DNA of 63,967 nt, filler included, from an uncultured Methanosarcinales archaeon (GTDB lineage Archaea > Nanobdellota > Nanobdellia > Woesearchaeales > CALCXY01): assembly GCA_964385185.1 (NCBI GenBank). It is 7 parts of 7 records of this genome, joined end to end, with 100 filler letters (N's around TTAATTAATTAA, not from the genome) between each part and the next. Parts side by side here need not be neighbours in the genome. Positions count along the whole stretch, not along the records: positions 1 to 10,721 come from CAYLOA010000031.1; positions 10,822 to 21,091 come from CAYLOA010000032.1; 5 more parts are not named here. One strand, 5' to 3'. Position numbers and translations under genes: made by a program. Each line of letters begins with the position of its first letter. The stretch's first letter is position 1. This document shows positions 8,166 through 17,823 of the stretch, piece after piece. Below the pieces are notes generated by a model, which was not told the origin of the DNA, did not search any database, and was given only the letters and a program-made list of their open reading frames with translations.

Positions 8166-10046
8166 ATGATGGAAGATGAAAAAATGAGTACTGTGTTTTT
8201 CCCCCATGACAAAGTTCGGGATGTTCAGAAAGATATGATGGACAAGGTTCGTCTGGCTGTTGAACAAAAAAGACATTTAATTGTGCATGCACCGACTGGA
8301 CTAGGTAAAACTGCAGCAGCCCTTGCACCCACAGTTGCATATGCTCTCCGAGAGGAGAAGACTATTTTATTTTTGACTTCTCGACACACACAGCACCAGA
8401 TTGCTATCGAAACCTTGAAAAAAATGAAGGAGAAATTTGAGATTGATCTTGTAGTGAGTGATATTATTGGGAAAAAAGGCATGTGTCTTCAACCTAATGT
8501 TGAAAAATTATTTTCAGGTGAGTTTGCAGAGTATTGTAAATCTCTTCGGACTGATGGGTTGTGTGATTATTATTCTAAGACTCGGAAGCAGATGAATGGA
8601 GCTTTAAGCGTTGAAGCTACTGTACAGATCGAGAAAAGTCGGAAGTTATTGTTACATGTTGAGGAGATGAACGAAAGTTGTAGAGGGTGTTCACTCTGTC
8701 CTTATGAAATTGCAGTTGAAGTTGCCAAGAAAGCTAGTGTTATTGTGACTGATTATTACTATGTATTTCATCCTAAGATAAGTGAGAATTTTTTTGAGAA
8801 GATCGGGAAGAAGCTTGAGGATGTAATATTAGTGATTGATGAAGGCCATAATTTGGCAGGACGGCTACGTGAATTGAATACTGATAAGTTGAGTAGTTTT
8901 GTTATTCGAAATGCTGTTAAGGAGGCTAAGGAGCAGGGGGCTGAAGAATTATTGCCTCTTCTTGTAAAGTTACAGGATGTTTTGAATGGCTTTGCGAGCA
9001 GTGCTAATGGTCAAGAGAGAGTTATTGGTCGGGACACTTTTATAGATCAAGTACGGTTAATTGTAGATTATCAAAAGTTTATCGATGATTGTGAATTTTA
9101 TGGAGATAAGATTCGTGAGAGTCAGAAAAAAAGTTATATTGGTAGTGTGGGAAATTTCTTAGAGTTATGGCAAGGAGATGATGAAGGGCATGTTAGGATA
9201 TTTGATGTGACTGATACCAAATTCGGTCCTATCTTGAATCTTCACTATAAATGCTTAGATCCTAGTTTATCTTCTGAACCTATTTTGAATGAGGTACATT
9301 CTGCGATTTTAATGTCTGGTACGTTGACTCCTACTGAAATGTATAAAGATTTACTTGGCTTTCCTGAACGGGTGGATGAGGTAGAGTATGAAACACCGTT
9401 TGCCAAGGAACATAAACTGAGTTTGGTTGTGGGAGGGGTGAGTAGTAAGTATAGTCAACGAAGTGCTGCTAACTTTAGTAAAATTGCTGGAATGTGTGCA
9501 GGTGTTGTTAATAGCGTTCCTGGAAATAGCGCACTCTTTTTTCCTTCGTATGCTTTTAGAGATCAAGTTGCTAATGTTTTCAATAACTTGTCTGAGAGGA
9601 CTGTATTTATGGAACGGCCAGGAATGAGTAAAGAAGACAAGGAAGAGATGTTGAAAGAGTATAGACAGTATAAGGATATTGGTGCCGTGTTGTTGGCAGT
9701 AGCTGGCGGAAGTTTTGGAGAGGGTATTGATTTACCAGGAGATTATTTGAAGTGTGTTGTAGTTGTAGGATTGCCACTGGGTAGACCGAATCTTGAGACT
9801 AAACATTTAATTGAATATTATAATGAGAAATATGGTAAAGGATGGGATTATGGCTATATTTTACCTGCGATTACTAAGGTGTTTCAAAATGCTGGAAGGT
9901 GTATACGTTCGGAGACGGACAAAGGAGTTGTGATTTATATGGATGAACGATATGGATGGCCATCCTATGCTAGATGTTTTCCTGAAGATGAAGTTGAAGT
10001 TTCAGAAGACTTGGTGGGTGAAGTTAAGGAGTTTTTTGCAAAGTGA
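8166..10046 (+). CDS. xpd: XPD/Rad3/DinG-family Fe-S DNA helicase
   Basis: APTGLGKT, Fe-S Cys cluster (CPYE), DEGHN, SGT, EGID, QNAGRCIR; exact start uncertain (8157-8184). Confidence 0.9.
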   Translation: MMEDEKMSTVFFPHDKVRDVQKDMMDKVRLAVEQKRHLIVHAPTGLGKTAAALAPTVAYALREEKTILFLTSRHTQHQIAIETLKKMKEKFEIDLVVSDIIGKKGMCLQPNVEKLFSGEFAEYCKSLRTDGLCDYYSKTRKQMNGALSVEATVQIEKSRKLLLHVEEMNESCRGCSLCPYEIAVEVAKKASVIVTDYYYVFHPKISENFFEKIGKKLEDVILVIDEGHNLAGRLRELNTDKLSSFVIRNAVKEAKEQGAEELLPLLVKLQDVLNGFASSANGQERVIGRDTFIDQVRLIVDYQKFIDDCEFYGDKIRESQKKSYIGSVGNFLELWQGDDEGHVRIFDVTDTKFGPILNLHYKCLDPSLSSEPILNEVHSAILMSGTLTPTEMYKDLLGFPERVDEVEYETPFAKEHKLSLVVGGVSSKYSQRSAANFSKIAGMCAGVVNSVPGNSALFFPSYAFRDQVANVFNNLSERTVFMERPGMSKEDKEEMLKEYRQYKDIGAVLLAVAGGSFGEGIDLPGDYLKCVVVVGLPLGRPNLETKHLIEYYNEKYGKGWDYGYILPAITKVFQNAGRCIRSETDKGVVIYMDERYGWPSYARCFPEDEVEVSEDLVGEVKEFFAK

Positions 10047-10721
10047 AGTCCATGATAATGGGTCTATGATCTGAGAGTTGAATTTTTGGGATGGTAATAT
10101 TATTTACTTCAATTTCTTTTGAGACGAGGATATGATCTAGGGCATTTTTGGGGTGGAATGAAGGAAATGTCTTTTTGTTATGATCAGCTTTCTTTAAGTT
10201 AAGATGCTTCATAAGTCCGTAGAGTTCACCTGGTTTGTAATAGGTGTTGAAATCTCCCGCTAGGATGATAGGACCTTTGGTTTTGTATAGCATATTTTCT
10301 AATTCTGTTATTTGCTTTTTTCTTGTGTGTTTTGTTAAAGCTAGATGGACTAGGAAAACGGTAACTGGGGAAGGTGTGTTGATTGTAGATTTTATTACCA
10401 GGCGTTTTGTGCCTTCATTAAGATAGAGAAACTCTGGCTTTTTTGAAGGGTAATGAGTTAGTAAAGCGTTGTATTGGTTTTTGAATATGGGTAATTTTGC
10501 GAAAAGTGATTTGGGAGAGTATTTTTTATTGGCTGCGATGTTTTTTAGATTAAGAGTGGATTTGAAATGTTCAATCATGCTATGATGATGGGTACGCATG
10601 GAGCCATTATCTATTTCTATTACACCTAAAATATCTGGATTTAATTTCTTTAGGTATGTTGATAGGGGATGAGTATTCTTTGTTTGTAGAAATTTCCAAA
10701 ATGAAAGATAGTTGTAGATAT
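10024..10721 (-). CDS. Endonuclease/exonuclease/phosphatase (EEP) family protein, 5'-truncated by contig end
   Basis: PDILGVIEID upstream of the ORF-track start; VHLAL, AGDFN, LDHIL, SDHRP. Confidence 0.88.
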
Positions 10722-10821
10722 NNNNNNNNNNNNNNNNNNNNNNNNNNNNNNNNNNNNNNNNNNNNTTAATTAATTAANNNNNNNNNNNNNNNNNNNNNNN
10801 NNNNNNNNNNNNNNNNNNNNN
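10722..10821. other. Artificial contig linker
   Basis: N44-TTAATTAATTAA-N44. Confidence 0.99.
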
Positions 10822-10822
10822 T

Positions 10823-11272
10823 GCACAAAAATACATTGATCACTCCATCTCATCAACAGTAAATCTTCCAGAATCAGTAGATCCAGAAACAATCTCTGAA
10901 GTATATTTACAAGCATGGAAAAATAAACTAAAAGGAATTACCATCTATAGAGATGGCTCAAGATATCCCATCTTATCAGTACAAGAAAAACAATCTGAAT
11001 TCCAAGATATAAAGAAAAAGATATTTTCAGTAAACACAAGAGAGAAAGAACCGCTCACATTGAAAGGAGATGAAGTATTCACAACACCAGGTGGGGTACT
11101 TTCCACACCATTCCATGCAAGTACACAGCAATTTCCAGGAGTAACCGTTACACCAGTAACAGATGAAGTACAAACCACAGAAAAAAAGGAAAATGATGAA
11201 GATTCTGAAGGTCCAAAAGTATGTAAAATAGAAATGGTTAATGGACAATTAGTGAAATCGTGCTCTGAATAA
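10823..11272 (+). CDS. nrdJ: C-terminal part of a class II ribonucleotide reductase (5'-truncated)
   Basis: AQKYIDHSISSTVNLP...KGITIYRDGSR, ending with two C-terminal Cys (CKIEMVNGQLVKSCSE). Confidence 0.85.
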   Translation, partial: AQKYIDHSISSTVNLPESVDPETISEVYLQAWKNKLKGITIYRDGSRYPILSVQEKQSEFQDIKKKIFSVNTREKEPLTLKGDEVFTTPGGVLSTPFHASTQQFPGVTVTPVTDEVQTTEKKENDEDSEGPKVCKIEMVNGQLVKSCSE

Positions 11273-11363
11273 ACACACAGCAGGTATACAGAAAATGATC
11301 CTTCTAATGATGCGGTATACAAAAACCTATAAATGAAATCACATTACCCTATATTGAGCACAC

Positions 11364-13391
11364 ATGATATCAACAAATAAAATTCTACAAGTGGTAAAAC
11401 GAGATGGAAATCTTGTAGATTTCGATGTAAAACCCATCATGGATGCCGTCTTCAAAGCTACCGAGTCGGTGGGAAAACCAGACGCAGATATCACCTCTAA
11501 AACCACTTCTAAAGTGTTAGAAATGTTAAATCAAACATTTCCTGAAGGAACAGCACCAACAGTAGAAGATATTCAAGATGTTGTAGAACAAGTACTCATA
11601 GATGAAAATCTTCCAAAACTGGCCAAAGCATATATTCTATTTAGAGAAGAACGACAACAGTCACGATTACAAAAAGAAGCAATTCTGGGTCAAATTGATA
11701 TGTCTAAATTATCTCCTAATGCGGTGCTCATTGCAAAAAGAAGATATCTCCAAAAAGACCGAGTAAATAAAACACTAGAGTCTCCCGATCAAATGTTTGA
11801 GCGTGTTGCAAAAGCAGTAGCAGGTCCTGAAAAAAAATACAACAAAGAGAATGCCAATGCAACAGAGAGAAAATTCTACAATATGATCGCTAATCTAGAT
11901 TTTGTACCTGCCGGTAGAGTATTAGCTGCTGCAGGAACAGATGAGTCTCAATTATTAAGCAGTTTTGTAGTAGCAATTGGAGATTCCACAAAAGAAATAT
12001 TCAAAGCACTGTATGATTCTTCTATTATTAAAAGATTTGGAGGGGGAGTTGGATTTTCATTTTCAAGTATTCGGAAAAAAGGAACCCCTCTACCAAAAAC
12101 AGATGCACTAGCATCAGGACCGGTATCGTTTATGCACTTATATGATCATGCATCTTCGTTAATCTCCTCTGCGGGAAGCAGAAAAGGAGCAAACATGGGA
12201 TCTCTATCAGTAGAACATCCAGACATCATTGACTTTATCACCTCTAAAACTTCCAACACACTTCCAAATTTTAACTTTTCAGTAGAAATTACAGACAATT
12301 TTATGAAAGCTGTGTTAAAAAATGCAGAATATGATCTTATAGATCCCGTATCAAAAAAACCAGTAGAAAAAGTAGGAGCAAAAACTGTATTTGACCTCTT
12401 AATAACTATGGCTTGGAAATATGGAGATCCAGGTATCCTGTTTATTGATCAAATAAACAAAGCAAATCCCACCCCGAAATTAGGAAGATTTGAAACTACT
12501 GATCCTTGTGGAGATCAACCTCTCTTCCCCTATGCAGGTGTATGCTATGGTGCTATCAATCTTGTAAATTTTGTCGAAAAAAAGGAATTAAATTGGGATA
12601 AATTAAAAGAAATTATCCCCTTATCTGTCAGATTTTTAGACAATGTATTAGACATCTCAAAATTTCCAATTAAAACGTTCAAAAAAACAACCCTCTCACT
12701 ACGAAACATTGGATTAGGGATCATGGGATTTGCAGATCTCTTGTATGCGCTCCACATTCCTTACGATTCTAGAGAAGCTGAAAAACTAGCAGATAAAATA
12801 ATGGAATTTATCCAGAACCATGCCCACAACGCCTCTGTAAAACTAGCTGAAGAAAGAGGAAATTTTCCAGAGTGGGAAAAAAGTGTCTATGCAAAAAAAC
12901 AAACACCGATGAGAAATGCATCGGTGACAACCATTTCACCTTGTGGTGCAAGAAGTATCATTGCAGACACATCGGGAGGAATTGAACCAAATTTTGCCCT
13001 AGGATACTACCGAAGAACAGATGCAGTAGGTGAAATTCTCCAAGTAAATCGTGTTTTCCAAGAAGTTGCCAAACAAAGAGGATTCTATTCCAAAGATCTG
13101 ATGAGATCAATCACATCCACTGGATCTATCCAAAATATGAAAGATCTTCCAGAAGACATAAGAAAAGTATATGTAACAGCATTAGATGTATCCCCTGAAT
13201 GGCATATTCGAATCCAGGCAGCATTTCAGAAGCATGTTGATGCAGGTATCTCAAAAACCATTAACTTTCCATTCAACGCATCTATTAACGATGTAGAAAA
13301 TGCCTGTCTCCTTGCGTACAAACTGGGATGTAAAGGATTAACAATGTATAGAGATGGGAGTAGATCTGATCAAATTATAACTACAAAATAA
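11364..13391 (+). CDS. ATP-cone class II ribonucleotide reductase paralog with altered active-site residues
   Basis: ATP cone (VVKRDG...VEDIQDVVE), GGGVGFSFS, HPDI, GDPG, IGLGIMG, YRDGSR; but QLLSSFV and DPCGD replace QLSACFV and NPCGE. Confidence 0.85.
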   Translation: MISTNKILQVVKRDGNLVDFDVKPIMDAVFKATESVGKPDADITSKTTSKVLEMLNQTFPEGTAPTVEDIQDVVEQVLIDENLPKLAKAYILFREERQQSRLQKEAILGQIDMSKLSPNAVLIAKRRYLQKDRVNKTLESPDQMFERVAKAVAGPEKKYNKENANATERKFYNMIANLDFVPAGRVLAAAGTDESQLLSSFVVAIGDSTKEIFKALYDSSIIKRFGGGVGFSFSSIRKKGTPLPKTDALASGPVSFMHLYDHASSLISSAGSRKGANMGSLSVEHPDIIDFITSKTSNTLPNFNFSVEITDNFMKAVLKNAEYDLIDPVSKKPVEKVGAKTVFDLLITMAWKYGDPGILFIDQINKANPTPKLGRFETTDPCGDQPLFPYAGVCYGAINLVNFVEKKELNWDKLKEIIPLSVRFLDNVLDISKFPIKTFKKTTLSLRNIGLGIMGFADLLYALHIPYDSREAEKLADKIMEFIQNHAHNASVKLAEERGNFPEWEKSVYAKKQTPMRNASVTTISPCGARSIIADTSGGIEPNFALGYYRRTDAVGEILQVNRVFQEVAKQRGFYSKDLMRSITSTGSIQNMKDLPEDIRKVYVTALDVSPEWHIRIQAAFQKHVDAGISKTINFPFNASINDVENACLLAYKLGCKGLTMYRDGSRSDQIITTK

Positions 13392-13657
13392 ACAATACAC
13401 ACAAAATCACCATCCAACAACAATTTCTAAAATAATAATAGTAAAATGTTTGTTGGCTAAGAGCGGATCATAGGTCACAAAAACAAATTGATTGGGCATA
13501 GCCCTTTGGAAAAAGTTTGGAGACCCTTGACATCCACTGTGATAGCCAACAAACAAATGGAGTAACCCCTCATACATTAAAAAGGTATCTTTTTTCAACA
13601 CGCTAAGAGAAAACCTACATTCAAAAGATATAAAAACAAGCATATCCAAGGAAGTCT

Positions 13658-14404
13658 ATGGGGAAATCAGTATTTGTAGAAACCTTGGAAAATCTATCAG
13701 GAAAAGATTTTTTGCATATATCAGGATTAGATCTAGGGTTCTATGTATTTGTATACACCTCACTTTATCTATGGACATATCTCTTACAAGTAAAAGCAGC
13801 ACCATTAGCTGCAATTGATATTAACAGTGTTGCCCTACAAAAGCAATCAGAATTAGCGCAAACACTGAGCACCATGAAAGGATTTCTCATTTTTCTAGCA
13901 GTGTTAATTATCATTTTCACCCTAGGAGGAATTATAGGTACAAGTTATTTCAAAGGAATGATATATGCCAGAATGCTCAAAAAGAAATTTAACAAAAAAG
14001 AATTGATTCGTTTTGCAAAATCCAATATATTATGGTATTTGGGATGTTCGGCAATTTTACTGCTGTTAACTTTTTGGGCAAGAACAAAAATATATGGTCC
14101 AGCAGTTTTATTCCTCATTTTCCTATATATGATATTTGTAACCACAATATATCAAATAGTAAGAATAAATCACACCCCTAATGCTCTTAAAAAAATTATT
14201 AACCTATCAACGAGAAAATTTCCTAAATTTATTATCCCTTTAATATGGATAACAGCAATCTTTCTGATCACATCCTTCATCTCAAGGATATTTCTCTATA
14301 TGCCCCAAATTCCGGCAGTAATTCTATCTGCAGCTTTATACATCAGTTTTTTGACATGGGCCAGATACTATCTATTTAACATAGTAAAAAAGCTTATCTA
14401 TTAA
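13658..14404 (+). CDS. Multi-pass membrane protein, unknown function
   Basis: About six hydrophobic segments. Confidence 0.7.
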   Translation: MGKSVFVETLENLSGKDFLHISGLDLGFYVFVYTSLYLWTYLLQVKAAPLAAIDINSVALQKQSELAQTLSTMKGFLIFLAVLIIIFTLGGIIGTSYFKGMIYARMLKKKFNKKELIRFAKSNILWYLGCSAILLLLTFWARTKIYGPAVLFLIFLYMIFVTTIYQIVRINHTPNALKKIINLSTRKFPKFIIPLIWITAIFLITSFISRIFLYMPQIPAVILSAALYISFLTWARYYLFNIVKKLIY

Positions 14405-15425
14405 GGGCTGCTAAACTATCACAACTTCTTTTTAGATAGGGATTTTGTACTTTAGGACACACGCTAAAATCTCCCTCAATTGCAAAATTCATATAGCAAG
14501 TATCTCTTTTAGAATTACTCTGAATACTAGCACAAAGACTTGTTTGTTGTGCCTGTTCAGCTATTTTTTCAAAACAACTATCCCGGGAACGAAGCTCAGA
14601 AATATCATCACATAATTTTCCTGCTTTATTCACATCGGTAGTACTTGCCAAGATGGCATCTTGAATAACAGCGTTACTAGAACTAACAGGCACACTAGGT
14701 TTAGGAATGACAGGAACAATGACTTCCTCTGATTCATCAGGAATTTCAATAACATCCTCTTGCCCATCATCAGTATCAATAGGTTCAGGACTAATATCTT
14801 CTTCTACCCCTATACTTTCCCCCGCCCCACTATTTTCTGAACCTTCTCCTTTAACATTAAATTCAAGTCGTGCGGTAGCAGTTTTGCCATCATAAGAAGC
14901 CACACTCTTGAGAATATATCTCCCACCCAATATATCACTAGGAATTTTAATATTTCCTACCCCACTCACCTTTGTCTCAACGGCAACTTCTTCTTGTATA
15001 GAGGTTATTTTTCTATTTCGAGTATCAAGAATGGTATGCTCCAGCTGAAAATCAAATCTTTTTTTACTACCAGTCTGGGTAGCTTCATATTGAAACACCA
15101 AAGTATCTCCAGGATCTAACTCCTCAATTGTCGTACTCACTTTAAGATCTAACAATGTAGGGGGCGTACTTCCTCCTGAAAAAATTTGTAATCCCACAAT
15201 TACTCCCACAACCAATAATAAACTAACAGCAACAGTAAGAATTATGGTTTTTTTAGAAATGTCAATAGTATGTTTAACATGGGGAGATCCATAAATAACA
15301 CTAACTGCCTCTTGCACCTCAATCAATGGATATCCTTGTTGAACCAAATGCTGTTGGATAGTCCCCAAGTCATATCCTTGCTGAAGATATTGGCGAATAA
15401 ATTGAATAAGTGTCGGATCAACCAT
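14394..15425 (-). CDS. Single-pass membrane protein with Ig-like domain, acidic linker and Cys-rich C-terminal repeats
   Basis: N-terminal helical domain, TM helix, repeated CxxI...RDxC units. Confidence 0.7.
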   Translation of the reverse strand: MVDPTLIQFIRQYLQQGYDLGTIQQHLVQQGYPLIEVQEAVSVIYGSPHVKHTIDISKKTIILTVAVSLLLVVGVIVGLQIFSGGSTPPTLLDLKVSTTIEELDPGDTLVFQYEATQTGSKKRFDFQLEHTILDTRNRKITSIQEEVAVETKVSGVGNIKIPSDILGGRYILKSVASYDGKTATARLEFNVKGEGSENSGAGESIGVEEDISPEPIDTDDGQEDVIEIPDESEEVIVPVIPKPSVPVSSSNAVIQDAILASTTDVNKAGKLCDDISELRSRDSCFEKIAEQAQQTSLCASIQSNSKRDTCYMNFAIEGDFSVCPKVQNPYLKRSCDSLAALNR

Positions 15426-15498
15426 AGTGAATCTCCCCTTCCAGCCTATATAATTCTTTTGCTAAAAGATTATAAAAGCCAAACCCCTACTTGAAGTC

Positions 15499-16152
15499 AT
15501 GGAACAATATAAGAGAGAAACAGCCCATAAAATAACTCTCAAAGAAATTAAAACCCTCCCTTACATTGAACAAGAAGGATGGAACTCCAACTATCTGGAT
15601 CAACAAGGGAAGAAGATTGTAAGAATTAATGTAATGGCCATAGTTATATCTACTGATACAGATTCTTCCTACATCTCTCTCACCTTAGACGATGCCTCAG
15701 ATAATATGGATGCTCGATTTTTCGAAATGCAACAAAAAGCAACCACAATCCAACCAGGTAGTTGTGTAATGATAACAGGAAAACCGAGAGCATTTGGAGA
15801 GGAAAGATATATTGTAGGAGAAACGGTCCAAATGATTGACCCTTTATGGTTAAAATGTAGAAGAGCTGAACTCGCCTTAACTATGCCGCCACCTCCTCCA
15901 GTTTCCTCTACCCCTTCACCTCCTTCCACTAATCCTTCCCCTACTCCTCCATCTAAATCTCCTACTAAAACTGAACCCAAAAAGGACATAGATACCTTTG
16001 AAGCAATTAAACAAAAAGATCAAGGGCAAGGAGTTTCAATTGATGCAATTATAGAAGAATTTGGACCAGAAAAAGAAAAAGAAATTAATGAGCTACTAAG
16101 TAAAGGAGAAATTTTTGAAATAAAACCAGGCGTAGTAAAAGTTCTAGAATAA
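15499..16152 (+). CDS. RPA2/RPA32-like OB-fold protein with C-terminal winged helix
   Basis: RINVMAIV...LDDAS...ITGKPR OB fold, Pro-rich linker, GEIFEIKPG C-terminus. Confidence 0.8.
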   Translation: MEQYKRETAHKITLKEIKTLPYIEQEGWNSNYLDQQGKKIVRINVMAIVISTDTDSSYISLTLDDASDNMDARFFEMQQKATTIQPGSCVMITGKPRAFGEERYIVGETVQMIDPLWLKCRRAELALTMPPPPPVSSTPSPPSTNPSPTPPSKSPTKTEPKKDIDTFEAIKQKDQGQGVSIDAIIEEFGPEKEKEINELLSKGEIFEIKPGVVKVLE

Positions 16153-16995
16153 AACAGGCGTGATAAACACTTCTATTAATGCTGCAAATACTAACATAGC
16201 TATACTTACTAAGATCATATCTGCTGAATCAAATAAAATCCGTGAAAAGGCAGGTGTTCCAAAATCATGCCGAATAACTGCTATTGAAATAATGCCTCCT
16301 GCCAATCCCCCCACAAAATAAGCTGCGATTTCTGGAAGTCCATGAAGTGTATATTTAAAAAAACCAAGTGATGCTACTTGAAGATACGCTCCAGCTTTAA
16401 CAAGTCCTACTGAAGCAGAATATTTGGCCATATTGACTCTAATAAAATTTCCAAGAGCGGCAGCAATGACAGATGCATTCCATGTGAGAATAAAAATTGC
16501 CCCGAGTCCATAAATAAAAGAAAATAATAATACAAACAACAACACCTTAAAATTATTCAAAAATATTCGAGTTAAAATAACAGTACTGCTCACTGCATTA
16601 CCGGCAACATGTTGATTGATATTTACAATAGTTTCTGATTGCACTTTAAACAACGTGGTAGAAATCTCTTGAGGTAGAATAAGATACCAAAAAGTAAGAG
16701 CCACCATAATACCCAAAAATAAAAAAAGCAAAAAAGATAATGCTTTAGCGTGTTCTTTCAACAATACTTTTTCCTTAACCTTCTGAAGATCCTTTTGTTC
16801 CTCAAACTTAAGTGTTGAGTACATTAACGGCACACTGGCCAAACAAATTAAAAATATCATAACTAATGAAGAATGATCCCTAAATATCCACAAACTCAAA
16901 AATACCCCAAGAGTGGCATAAATAATTCCAATAAAAAATAATGACCAAGGCTTATGTTCTGCTCGTAAAGGATTTGTAAATGCCTCGATAACCAT
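16144..16995 (-). CDS. SpoIIM/DUF95-family membrane protein
   Basis: IFLNNFKV, HGLPEIAAY, AALIEVFITP. Confidence 0.8.
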   Translation of the reverse strand: MVIEAFTNPLRAEHKPWSLFFIGIIYATLGVFLSLWIFRDHSSLVMIFLICLASVPLMYSTLKFEEQKDLQKVKEKVLLKEHAKALSFLLFLFLGIMVALTFWYLILPQEISTTLFKVQSETIVNINQHVAGNAVSSTVILTRIFLNNFKVLLFVLLFSFIYGLGAIFILTWNASVIAAALGNFIRVNMAKYSASVGLVKAGAYLQVASLGFFKYTLHGLPEIAAYFVGGLAGGIISIAVIRHDFGTPAFSRILFDSADMILVSIAMLVFAALIEVFITPVLF

Positions 16996-17120
16996 TACCT
17001 CTTTTCACCTTTGCACTATTTAAATATTACCCTGTATAGTCAAAAAGTATCAAATTCTTAACCTAAAACCATACCTAAATAACCTCATAATTTATAAACG
17101 ATGGACTATTTACTAAGGAG

Positions 17121-17528
17121 ATGGATTACGAAAAAATGCTTGAAAAGGCGAGAAAAGAACTACCTACAGTAGTATTTGAAAAAGCAAGATTTGAAATCCC
17201 TAAAGCAAGAGGACATCTACAAGGAAATAAAACAGTTTTTACCAATTTTCATCAAATTGCAGATGCTCTCCAAAGACCTATCGAACATTTTATCAAATTT
17301 TTGTACAAAGAACTGGCAACTCCAGGAGAATTGACTAATAAATCCCTCACCCTCAAAAGAAAAGTTGCTGCATCAGTAGTTAATGAGAAAATTCGAAAAT
17401 ATGCAGACGAATTTGTGCTCTGTGCTCAATGTGGAAAACCGGACACAACAATAGAAAAAGATGGTCAATTTTCCTATAAAAGATGTACAGCATGTGGAAA
17501 TAAACAAATTATCAAATCGGTTATCTAA
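17121..17528 (+). CDS. eif2b: Translation initiation factor aIF2 beta subunit
   Basis: RFEIP, GNKT, ELATPG, CAQCGKPDT...CTACG zinc ribbon. Confidence 0.95.
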   Translation: MDYEKMLEKARKELPTVVFEKARFEIPKARGHLQGNKTVFTNFHQIADALQRPIEHFIKFLYKELATPGELTNKSLTLKRKVAASVVNEKIRKYADEFVLCAQCGKPDTTIEKDGQFSYKRCTACGNKQIIKSVI

Positions 17529-17529
17529 T

Positions 17530-17823
17530 ATGCTAACAAAAATTCACAAAAAAGGGGATCAAACCATTCTAGCGTTATGTGATTCTGATTTAATTGGTAA
17601 AAAATTTGAAGAAAATCAAGTAATATTAGATCTAGAAAGTGAATTCTATCAAGGTGAAGAACAAGACAATGATATGATTGCAGATATGATGCGAAATGTA
17701 GATATAGTAAATATGGTAGGTGAAAAATCCATTGCTTTGGCACAAAAAGAGGGTCTTCTCGGTAAAGATGAAATTAAAGAAGTCCAAGGAATCCCCCACG
17801 CTCAAATTATATTAATGGATTAA
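17530..17823 (+). CDS. DUF424-family protein
   Basis: LALCDSDLIGKKF...FYQG...NMVG...GIPHAQ; true start likely ATG 17530. Confidence 0.85.
   Translation: MLTKIHKKGDQTILALCDSDLIGKKFEENQVILDLESEFYQGEEQDNDMIADMMRNVDIVNMVGEKSIALAQKEGLLGKDEIKEVQGIPHAQIILMD

Noticed and set aside
10722..10821. TTAATTAATTAA palindrome repeated six times within N-runs
   Set aside because: Artificial all-frame-stop contig linker; ORF tails reading X...LIN and any cross-linker gene neighbourhoods are artefacts
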